A program made the position numbers and the translations under genes. Below are positions 28,403-36,002 of a DNA stretch of 64,000 bases, piece after piece (position 1 is the first letter of the stretch; the number at the start of each line of letters is the position of its first letter). A model generated the notes under the pieces. That model saw only the letters and a list, made by a program, of their open reading frames with translations. It was not told the origin of the DNA and did no database searches. This stretch comes from Chitinophagales bacterium (lineage in GTDB: Bacteria; Bacteroidota; Bacteroidia; Chitinophagales; LD1). The stretch covers positions 790,855 to 854,854 of the forward strand of contig JAXLUK010000001.1 in the NCBI GenBank assembly GCA_046329555.1, read 5' to 3'.

Positions 28403-29245
28403 CTACTGCTTAAAAAAAGCTATCGTCTCCTCAACTACCGTAGCGTAATCATCCGGCAGCGATGGCAATGCCCACGGATGGCGCGCACCAAAAACATGAT
28501 TGCCGTTTTCAATCGTAACCAACCTGGCATCTGGCTTCCATTGCTGCATCTCCACTGCCGCGCTGTACGGCACCGCTTCATCCTGCGTGCCGTGCGCCAC
28601 CAACAAAGGCTGCGGCATCCGCTTCACCACATCCGGAATGAATAGGCGCTCAGGATGACGGTAGTAATCTTCATACAACTGCCAATATACCGGCAGTTGC
28701 TGTCGGGTTCGTGTATTTTCAACCCATAACACCCCGCGCTGCCGAATGGCTTCCATTTGCGAACCTTTCCAGAATTTGCCAAACTCGTTCACACTACCCC
28801 ATACCGCCAGGCGCTTCACCCGTTCATCTTCGCCCGCCTTCAGCAGCGTAATACCACCGCCTCTACTGTGCCCGATTAAATAAATCTGCTGCGTATCAGC
28901 CGCACCGGCAGCTACCGGAAAATCAGCTTGCTGCACCCAATCCATCACCGTTCCTAAATCGTCTAACTCAATAGAAAAATTGTTGTTGCCAAAAGCCTCC
29001 AGATCCGAAATTTCCAGCGGTGCCTCGGGCGTAGTGCCATTCATGGAAAAATTAAATTTCACAAAAATCATCCCCGCCCGGGCAAACTGCGCTGCCATCA
29101 AATCAAAAACGCCCCAGTCTTTAAAACCCTTAAAGCCATGAGAAAAAATAACAATAGGTTGCCGATGGCCTTCGCTATAACAAACATCCGCTAAAAACGG
29201 ACGGTTCCGAACTGAAGTGAGCCGGATATTTCGCTTCCAAATCAT
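28403..29245 (-). CDS. Alpha/beta hydrolase
   Basis: Nucleophile elbow GHSRGG and C-terminal Asp/His (HGTQDEAVP; GNHVF). Confidence 0.75.
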   Translation of the reverse strand: MIWKRNIRLTSVRNRPFLADVCYSEGHRQPIVIFSHGFKGFKDWGVFDLMAAQFARAGMIFVKFNFSMNGTTPEAPLEISDLEAFGNNNFSIELDDLGTVMDWVQQADFPVAAGAADTQQIYLIGHSRGGGITLLKAGEDERVKRLAVWGSVNEFGKFWKGSQMEAIRQRGVLWVENTRTRQQLPVYWQLYEDYYRHPERLFIPDVVKRMPQPLLVAHGTQDEAVPYSAAVEMQQWKPDARLVTIENGNHVFGARHPWALPSLPDDYATVVEETIAFFKQ

Positions 29246-29335
29246 CGGGTAAAGATAAATTTATCGCCTTCACTCACGCCTGTAACCAGGTAAGATCCTT
29301 AATCGCTAATCAGTATAAAAAGATACTTTCGCACC

Positions 29336-30307
29336 ATGGCTTCGCTTGACGAAATTAAAAAGCCCATTGCGCGTGAGTTAGATTTGTTTGAGCAACGTTT
29401 CCGGGCAGATATGCGCACCGATGCGCCCCTGCTGGATCAGGTGATGCACTACATTGTTTCCAGAAAGGGGAAGCAAATGCGACCGATGTTTGTCTTTCTT
29501 TCTGCAGCGCTGTGCGGCGGCATTCAGGAAGGCACCTACACCGCCGCCTCGCTGATTGAAATTCTGCATACCGCTACCTTAGTACATGATGATGTGGTGG
29601 ATGATTCTTATAAGCGCCGCGGCTATCTTTCTATCAACGCCCTTTGGAAAAATAAAATCGCGGTGTTGGTGGGTGATTATTTATTGGCCCGCGGACTGCT
29701 CATCAGCATCAACAACAATCAGTTTGTGCTGCTGAAAATTATCAGCAACACCATTCAGGAAATGAGTGAAGGTGAGTTACTGCAACTCAAAAAAGCGCGA
29801 AAGCTGGATATCGATGAACAGGTGTATTTCGAAATTATCCGGAAGAAAACGGCTTCCCTCATTGCCTCTTCCTGCGCCTGTGGCGCCGCTACAGCAACAG
29901 CCGATGCTGGCATAGTAGAAAAAGTTCGGGTATTAGGAGAAACCATTGGTATGGCCTTTCAAATCAAGGATGATTTGTTTGATTATGAAGAAGCGGAAAT
30001 TGGCAAGCCACGCGGCATCGATATCAAAGAGAGAAAAATGACGTTGCCGTTGATTTACACCTTACAGCAAGTACCTGCATCGGAAAGGCGCCGGCTCATT
30101 AATATGGTGAAGAATGAAAACACCGATATGGAAAAAGTGCGCGAAATTATTGATGTAGTGCGCCGCACCGGAGGAATTGCTTATGCCGAAGAAAAAATGC
30201 GCGGCTTCAAGCAGGAGGCAGAACAACTGCTCGATGAATTTCCGGCCAGCGAGGCGCGCACCGCTATTCGCGAACTCATCGCATTTACCATCAACCGAAA
30301 GGTTTAG
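29336..30307 (+). CDS. Polyprenyl diphosphate synthase (trans-IPPS, long-chain type)
   Basis: First and second Asp-rich motifs (LVHDDVVDD; FQIKDDLFDY). Confidence 0.9.
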   Translation: MASLDEIKKPIARELDLFEQRFRADMRTDAPLLDQVMHYIVSRKGKQMRPMFVFLSAALCGGIQEGTYTAASLIEILHTATLVHDDVVDDSYKRRGYLSINALWKNKIAVLVGDYLLARGLLISINNNQFVLLKIISNTIQEMSEGELLQLKKARKLDIDEQVYFEIIRKKTASLIASSCACGAATATADAGIVEKVRVLGETIGMAFQIKDDLFDYEEAEIGKPRGIDIKERKMTLPLIYTLQQVPASERRRLINMVKNENTDMEKVREIIDVVRRTGGIAYAEEKMRGFKQEAEQLLDEFPASEARTAIRELIAFTINRKV

Positions 30308-30309
30308 CC

Positions 30310-31470
30310 ATGCGGCTGCTGATCCTCAATTACGAATATCCACCTCTGGGTGGCGGCGCAGGAATGGTTACCCAACACCTGGCGCGTGAATTAGTAGCCC
30401 TGGATTGCACTACCACCATCATCACCACCTGGATGCCCGGCTTATTAGAAAAGGAAGAACAAGGCGGTCTCACCATCATCCGTTTAAAATCAAAACGCCG
30501 TAATAATTATAGTTCCAATCCTTTTGAAATGCTATCGTGGATGCAGCACACCAAAAAATATCTCCTGCAACACGGCGCACCTTATGATATTTGTTTGGCC
30601 AATTTCATGTTGCCGGGTGGCGGCGTGGCACTGTGGCTCCAAAAAAAATGGGGTATTCCTTACGTGGTATTGTCGCATGGCCATGATATTCCGTGGGCAT
30701 TTCCAAGGCAAATGTTTTTATGGCATGTACTGTGCTTTCCAGTATTGAAAAGCATTGCGCATCGCGCATCGCATATTGTTGTGCTTACTGATGAACTGAA
30801 AAAAATAGCCGACCGGTTTACCGGCGCTTCACAAACTGATAAAATTGTGCTCATCCCGAATGGGATGCACACTCCGGTATTACCTAAAAAAAGTTTTGAT
30901 GGCGGCATGGAAGTAGTTTACGGGGGCCGACTGGTAGCGCAGAAAGATCCGTTTACGTTTTTAGAAGCGGTGAAACGCCTGCAGCAGCAAGGCTTTAATC
31001 CATTCCGGGTGACTATTATTGGCGATGGTGAAAGACGTGCCGCAATGGAACAATACATAGAGAAAAACGAACTGAAAGGCATCACCTTCACCGGAAAAAT
31101 TCCTCATTCCGATGTGATGGCCATTTTCCGACGGGCACATGTGTTAGTTTCTACTTCGGTGTACGAGGCCATGTCGCTCACCATGCTGGAAGCATTAAGC
31201 GAAGGTATGTACGTTTTATCAACGCCGGTAACCGGAACCGAAGGATATATTTTAGAAGATGTTTCCGGCAACTATATACCATTCGGCCATGCCGCCGAAC
31301 TGGCCACAGCCATCATCAAATACCACGAAGAAAAGTATCAGCAACAATACGAGTTACCGGTAGCGCGCATTGTTGAACAACCCGGATTTCACCATTGGCA
31401 ATCCATTGCCGAGCGCTATCAGATTTTATTTAAAGAGATTTTGATGGATACCGGAAATGGTAAATGGTAA
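30310..31470 (+). CDS. Glycosyltransferase family 4 (GT-B)
   Basis: N-terminal YPPLGGGAG and a C-terminal E..(7)E-like region (YEAMSLTMLEALSEG). Confidence 0.8.
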   Translation: MRLLILNYEYPPLGGGAGMVTQHLARELVALDCTTTIITTWMPGLLEKEEQGGLTIIRLKSKRRNNYSSNPFEMLSWMQHTKKYLLQHGAPYDICLANFMLPGGGVALWLQKKWGIPYVVLSHGHDIPWAFPRQMFLWHVLCFPVLKSIAHRASHIVVLTDELKKIADRFTGASQTDKIVLIPNGMHTPVLPKKSFDGGMEVVYGGRLVAQKDPFTFLEAVKRLQQQGFNPFRVTIIGDGERRAAMEQYIEKNELKGITFTGKIPHSDVMAIFRRAHVLVSTSVYEAMSLTMLEALSEGMYVLSTPVTGTEGYILEDVSGNYIPFGHAAELATAIIKYHEEKYQQQYELPVARIVEQPGFHHWQSIAERYQILFKEILMDTGNGKW

Positions 31471-31525
31471 ATTGATGCGGGCTAACTAGCTTTGTCATTG
31501 GAATATTACACCTGTAGGAAAACTA

Positions 31526-31895
31526 CCCCTCTCGCCTTAGCGTATTTTGCCGCGCACAGCGCAAACAGAATGCTGGGCGTAGAGAGAAATTGAGCAGCAA
31601 CAATACTGCTTGAAATCTACGGTTCCGCTCTATTAAGAAAATTTAAGTTGTCGCGCCCTAGCCGCGAGACGCGGCGCATCGTTACGCTAATCTCTTAATC
31701 GCCTATCTCCGTTGGTCGTAGCGAAAGCAAAATTCAGTAAATTTCAGAAATGAGTCTAAACGCTACGTCCAGTAGACGGCTTAGAAGCGCCGCGTCTCGC
31801 GGCCAGGCGTAACACTTGCGAAAGCGTGCTACATTCAGCGAGTCCCAACCGTCCCAATCGTCCCCATCGTCCCCATCGTCCCAAACGTCCCAACC
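31526..31895. repeat. Composite repeat, left copy of a direct pair bracketing the 31896-33817 cassette
   Basis: Module order: CCCCTCTCGCCT..GCTGGGCGTAG, stem-loop units, CTTAGAAGCGCCGCGTCTCGCGGCCAGG, then six in-phase GTCCCNANC 9-mers (31842-31895). The same order is seen at 33740-34118. Confidence 0.75.
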
Positions 31896-33011
31896 CTATT
31901 CCTTCAAAAACCGTCTGGCTACGCCAGCTACCTTGATTAGGTAAGCGCCGCGGGAAAGGGAAGAAATATCCAATTGCTTTTCTTTGCGGCCATGACTGTT
32001 GATGCAAATTCTGCCTAAATCATCCATTACTTCAATAGCATAGGGTGCTTCAAACGAGGGTTGAATGGTGAGGACATCATGGGCGGGATTGGGACGGATT
32101 TCAAAATGGCTGGCAGCGGCAGTTTCGCTGATGCCCAGCACCGTATCGCGCACCCAGATGCGCAAGGTATCATAGCTCCACATCGGGCCGGCGCAATTAG
32201 GCGCCGTATCGCGCAGGGCAACAATAAACACCATATTAGAATCGGTACACACTTGCGCCGAAAGACCACTGGTAAAAAATTGTTTGCCGTTCTTAGTCAC
32301 ATAGTACCAGGCCGCACTATCGTATTGCGAAACCGCGGTGGAAGCATTCAAATTAATACAAGGCACATCACCCGGCTTGATGCGCAGCAGGGTATCGTGT
32401 GTGGCCGTATGCACTTCGTGGGCATTGAGGATGTAGATGGGGGAAAGAGCATCGAGCGCGATATCCACAAGTTTTGTAACAGAATCATTTATCGGCCAAA
32501 AGCTAATCCAATCGTACGTTGTATCTGGTTTAAAGTCTATGGTAAATTTATGCCAAGAGGAATCTAAGACCGGACTTTTAAAAATTAACTGGCCCTTTTG
32601 ACAGCTATCATGACCTAGGTAAACCTCAAGCGAACCATTAATAAGAATACCTCCAGTCCAAAACGAATCAGGTGGACCCCAAGTTGATGCGCTGAAGAAA
32701 CTAAATCTATATCTTTTTGTAGAATTCAAGATGCAATTGAGCTTTTGGGCAAGACTGCCAAAATTTAAAGGATACTGTCTTTCTAATACGACATAGGACT
32801 TACCCAGTACTGCAACATCAGGCCTAATACCTGGAACATAATTCGAGTCAAAATTCATTATGCCAACAAGTGGATCGCAGTATGACCAACTATCAGGAAA
32901 ACAAGCACCGCATGACACAGATCCTTCAAATGATGGATTGTTTAGTACGATTTGAGCAAAAACATGGATACTTACGAAAGAAACCAATACTAAATTTATT
33001 ATTTTTTTCAT
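31896..33011 (-). CDS. Secreted protein with T9SS C-terminal sorting domain (type A, Por_Secre_tail-like)
   Basis: Signal peptide (VSFVSIHVFAQ) and C-terminus FEIRPNPAHDVLTIQ...GAYLIKV. Confidence 0.7.
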   Translation of the reverse strand: MKKIINLVLVSFVSIHVFAQIVLNNPSFEGSVSCGACFPDSWSYCDPLVGIMNFDSNYVPGIRPDVAVLGKSYVVLERQYPLNFGSLAQKLNCILNSTKRYRFSFFSASTWGPPDSFWTGGILINGSLEVYLGHDSCQKGQLIFKSPVLDSSWHKFTIDFKPDTTYDWISFWPINDSVTKLVDIALDALSPIYILNAHEVHTATHDTLLRIKPGDVPCINLNASTAVSQYDSAAWYYVTKNGKQFFTSGLSAQVCTDSNMVFIVALRDTAPNCAGPMWSYDTLRIWVRDTVLGISETAAASHFEIRPNPAHDVLTIQPSFEAPYAIEVMDDLGRICINSHGRKEKQLDISSLSRGAYLIKVAGVARRFLKE

Positions 33012-33724
33012 TTGTTAACAACAATTTTACCAAAGCTAATCATTTCTGAATTCACCTTATACATGTACTGATAACAACCTGAATTTAGATTTATATCGAT
33101 TTGCCAAGTGCCTGAATCCAAAGGCGTTTCGTAAACCTCTTGCCCTAATTCATTAAAAATATAAAGCACACCCGCCGTAGTAGATTCAATATTTAAAATA
33201 GAAGATTTATCGAGCAAGGTTGGATAAACCTTCACACCTATAGCAGCGTATTTGTGATTCATTATAGACGAATCTACATCCATTCCATCTCCAATATTTG
33301 TTTTAAAATAATCTGTTTGCACCAAGCAGTCGTCCTGGAACGACCAACGCACACGGTCCACTGCCGCCCAATACATCGCCCTCGCCTCAAAAACTGCCGG
33401 CCCCCCAGTAATGTAGCACTGTTTAGCGATATCAAATAACTTTTTCAAATTAGCTGAATCTAAAGTTGGTTTGGATGTTGAAAAAAACGAAAGGTACAAT
33501 GAATTTAGCTGTTGTTGATTTTGTTGAAACTTGTCATTTGCAAAAACAAGGTTGTTCAATTTATTTAAACTGTCAGACACCAAAGAGTCCGTTGTCATTT
33601 TAGCTTGCTGCATAAGCAATTGCAACATCAAAAGAGTATCAGAACTCCCTAAATGCGCTAAATAGAAACTATCCAAGCGAGGAATCGCCTGCCGCACGGA
33701 AGGATTCTGGTACAGGTTCAGCAT
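33008..33724 (-). CDS. T9SS-CTD-like protein without detectable signal peptide (possibly 5'-truncated or remodelled)
   Basis: The C-terminus VKVYPTLLDKSSILNI...GCYQYMYKV resembles a T9SS CTD. The stop overlaps the downstream start. The longer ORF (to 33817) begins inside a repeat unit (MSLNATPS...), so Met32 is used here. Confidence 0.45.
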   Translation of the reverse strand: MLNLYQNPSVRQAIPRLDSFYLAHLGSSDTLLMLQLLMQQAKMTTDSLVSDSLNKLNNLVFANDKFQQNQQQLNSLYLSFFSTSKPTLDSANLKKLFDIAKQCYITGGPAVFEARAMYWAAVDRVRWSFQDDCLVQTDYFKTNIGDGMDVDSSIMNHKYAAIGVKVYPTLLDKSSILNIESTTAGVLYIFNELGQEVYETPLDSGTWQIDINLNSGCYQYMYKVNSEMISFGKIVVNK

Positions 33725-33739
33725 TAGCTGCGCTTCATC

Positions 33740-34268
33740 CCCCCCTCTCGCCTGAGCGTATTTTGCCGCGCGCAGCGCAAACGGAATGCTGGGCGTAGCG
33801 TTTAGACTCATTTCCAAATTTACTCCATTTTCCTTTCGCTACCCAACGAATTTGTTGAGAAAAAGATTGGCGCTTAGAAGCGCCGCGTCTCGCGGCCAGG
33901 CCGATCAATCCATCATGCAAAGCATTATTGTAAATTTCAAATGGTAAACAGATTTCCGCCTGAGACTGCGTTCGTCACAAACCGTCACAACCGTCCTATC
34001 GTCCCCAACGTCCCCAACTTCCCAACCGTCCCCAACTTCCCAATCGTCCCAACCGTCCAAATCGTCCCAATCTTCCCCAACGTCCCAACCGTACCCAACC
34101 GCCCCCAAAGCCCAATCCCTTCAGCGCACCTAATGGCACTTGCCACGAGCGCGAGGGGGCGCAGTGAAAATCCTTTTTTGGAGCAGCATCTGAAGACTTA
34201 CGATGTTGGAACGGCAGGAGTTGTGTGCTCACGCGTGATGGAAACATCGTACGTCAATTGCTGCTACA
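33740..34268. repeat. Composite repeat, right copy of the direct pair, plus a long GTCCC array and a long imperfect hairpin
   Basis: It contains an R2-type unit (33794-33900), about 16 9-bp units (33974-34118), a block matching the reverse complement of 49950-50040, and a hairpin variant (34168-34268). Confidence 0.75.
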
Positions 34269-34313
34269 AAAAAGATTGAAGGTACTATCATTAAAACAAG
34301 TAAAACATAAAAT

Positions 34314-34460
34314 TTAATTTTGCACCAACCGAGAGGCGTTGCTTGCCGATAACTGACGCAATTGACGACCTTCTGTAGCCCCCTTCGGGGGGCTACCTTT
34401 TTTCAGAGCGCCAATGGCGCTCAACCGAGAGGCAATTGCTGCCTCCTCCTCAGCAATCAA
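34314..34460 (-). ncRNA. Candidate bridge-RNA-like structured region at the 3' end of the IS (overlaps the non-conserved C-terminal tail of the ORF)
   Basis: Minus-strand hairpins are GAGCGCC-att-GGCGCTC and GTAGCCCCC-cgaa-GGGGGCTAC. There is a 23-nt direct repeat ..GCCTCTCGGTTG... It has 10-nt matches to the sequence just outside the IS end. Confidence 0.3.
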
Positions 34461-35456
34461 TGGCATGTTTCTAAAGTTCTCTCCATTTTTGAACAAGGCA
34501 TAAATGATAACTAACAGTTTCTTTTGCACCGCTACGTAGCTCTTCATTTTAATATGATGCCGTTCGTAGGTTCTCAAATAAAGATGAATAAATGGAGCTA
34601 TTCGGTATCTAACTGTGTTGAAGGCCGGCATATACAATGCTCTTCTGATGCGACTGTTTCCTTGCTTCGATATCCTTGTTTTCCCAACTCGTTTGCCGGA
34701 ACTGTTCTCTATCACATCATAACCACTATAGCTTATTAACTGGCGGCTGTTCTCAAACAAATCAAAACCGTTCGTTTCTGCGATAAGCACTGCAACGGTC
34801 AGCATGCCTAGGCCTTTAATTGCGGCAATGCGTTCGACCTTACCAAACACGTCCGGGTTGGACATGAGATGCTTCTTAATCAGCTCCTCTAATTGTGCCA
34901 CTTGCTTGTCGATATGAGTTAATGTCGCTTTTAGCTGCTTGGTCACGCTGTGGATGACGTACATTGATGCCTCTAACGAAAGCAACTGATTAGAAACTTC
35001 TGTGCGAATCTCCTGAAGCCTTTGGTGTTGACGGGTTAGGGTTCGTAAATGGAAAAAGAACGGACTCATAGGAGTCCATTCAGGAAGCGCCTGTTCACAA
35101 ATCATTTGCGCCAGTCCCTGGGCATCTGATTTATCTGTTTTGGTTTTAATACCCGTAGCTTTGAGATAATCCTTGGCTCGATTAGCCAGAATTACAGTAA
35201 CCCTATATTTTCTCTGGGAAAAAAACAAGGCACAGTTTTCATAATACACCCCTGTGGCTTCCATCCCGATAGTGAGCGGTACTTCCTTTTGCTTGTGATG
35301 CTTCGTAATCCAGATCTCAAGCAGCCGGAAGCCTGATGCGGTGTTACTAAATTTTGTGCTTGCCACTACTTTAACCCGTTGTGTGGCGTCAATAGTGCTC
35401 ATGCAGGCATAGCACTCTTTTGAACCAATGTCAATACCAACAGCGTACTTAATCAT
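34314..35456 (-). CDS. IS110-family transposase/recombinase
   Basis: N-terminal RuvC-like DEDD domain (AVGIDIGSKE; GMEATGVYYE; KTDKSDAQGLA). C-terminal Transposase_20-like region (IKGLGMLTVAVLIAE...SGKRVGKTRISKQGNSRIRRALYM). Start chosen at MIKYAVG. Confidence 0.85.
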   Translation of the reverse strand: MIKYAVGIDIGSKECYACMSTIDATQRVKVVASTKFSNTASGFRLLEIWITKHHKQKEVPLTIGMEATGVYYENCALFFSQRKYRVTVILANRAKDYLKATGIKTKTDKSDAQGLAQMICEQALPEWTPMSPFFFHLRTLTRQHQRLQEIRTEVSNQLLSLEASMYVIHSVTKQLKATLTHIDKQVAQLEELIKKHLMSNPDVFGKVERIAAIKGLGMLTVAVLIAETNGFDLFENSRQLISYSGYDVIENSSGKRVGKTRISKQGNSRIRRALYMPAFNTVRYRIAPFIHLYLRTYERHHIKMKSYVAVQKKLLVIIYALFKNGENFRNMPLIAEEEAAIASRLSAIGALKKGSPPKGATEGRQLRQLSASNASRLVQN

Positions 35457-35578
35457 TTGATTGTTTTTAAAATGAATAAAAAGTCGCAGAAAAAACCCTT
35501 TCATCTTCCTCACTCATGGTATAGCTCGTATAGGCATATTGCTTATCGATTAGGTACTATTGGGAATCAAAAAGAGAA

Positions 35579-35655
35579 AACAGGTGCAGATTAACCTACA
35601 ATAGAGCGTCAATGCGCGTGCGAAGCACCCAAGTTGCTGCACCTGCTTTTTCTAC
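35579..35655 (-). ncRNA. Candidate structured RNA / stem-loop in the 5' non-coding end of the IS
   Basis: CAGGTGCAG...CTGCACCTG, a 9-bp stem enclosing 47 nt with a nested GTGC-ttcg-GCAC hairpin. It is flanked by T-runs on both strands and lies about 120 nt upstream of the transposase start. Confidence 0.25.
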
Positions 35656-35744
35656 TACCAGCCAAGATACGAGATACTTCTTTTCTTGTTCAAAGCGTCT
35701 TATATCTTATTGAATGCAAAGATATGAGCATAGCACCCGGCCGC

Positions 35745-35995
35745 GAGCCTGCGGCATGGTGCCTGAAGCGCGGGCGAGCGGCGCGCCAAAAAAAATTAAA
35801 ATGGTAAAGATTGATTGGCCTCGCTGTACTTGTCATCAGAATGTAACACCCATCTGAAAACCACACTATAATTCAGCGAGTCCTAATCGTCATTAAATCC
35901 CAACCGTCCTATCGTCCCCAACCATCGAACATCGAAATGTCAAACATCGAACCACCGTCCCAGCCGTCCAAAACTGCTCCAAACATCTCACTCCC
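35745..35995. repeat. Repeat island remnant (GC hairpin motif, AATGGTAAA..TTGAT block, GCTGAAT block, GTCCC/TCGAA arrays)
   Basis: The reverse complement of 35800-35880 aligns by eye with 50090-50180. The arrays end about 10 nt from the GH3 stop codon. Confidence 0.7.
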
Positions 35996-36002
35996 CAGCG
36001 CT

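Larger units (their letters stand above)
34270..35740 (-). mobile_element. IS110-family insertion sequence (ends approximate)
   Basis: It carries a DEDD-type transposase ORF. Its AT-rich ends interrupt repeat-family sequence on both sides. No long terminal inverted repeats were seen, which is usual for IS110. Confidence 0.65.

Noticed and set aside
33905-34279. ORFs 33905-34108 (-), 33941-34279 (+) and 33996-34247 (-) encode PNVPNFPTVPN-, GWDDWEVGD- and LGRLGRWGR-type repeat peptides.
   Set aside because: They are artefacts of the 9-bp (3-codon) periodic GTCCC array, which stays open in several frames on both strands. They overlap one another, have no credible starts or signal sequences, and identical arrays elsewhere are clearly intergenic.
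34375-34404. GTAGCCCCC-ttcg-GGGGGCTAC followed by CTTTTTT reads as a + strand rho-independent terminator.
   Set aside because: No + strand gene ends upstream of it, and it lies inside the IS110 element. It is better explained as part of the IS 3' structured region (see findings), although a role blocking read-in transcription cannot be excluded.
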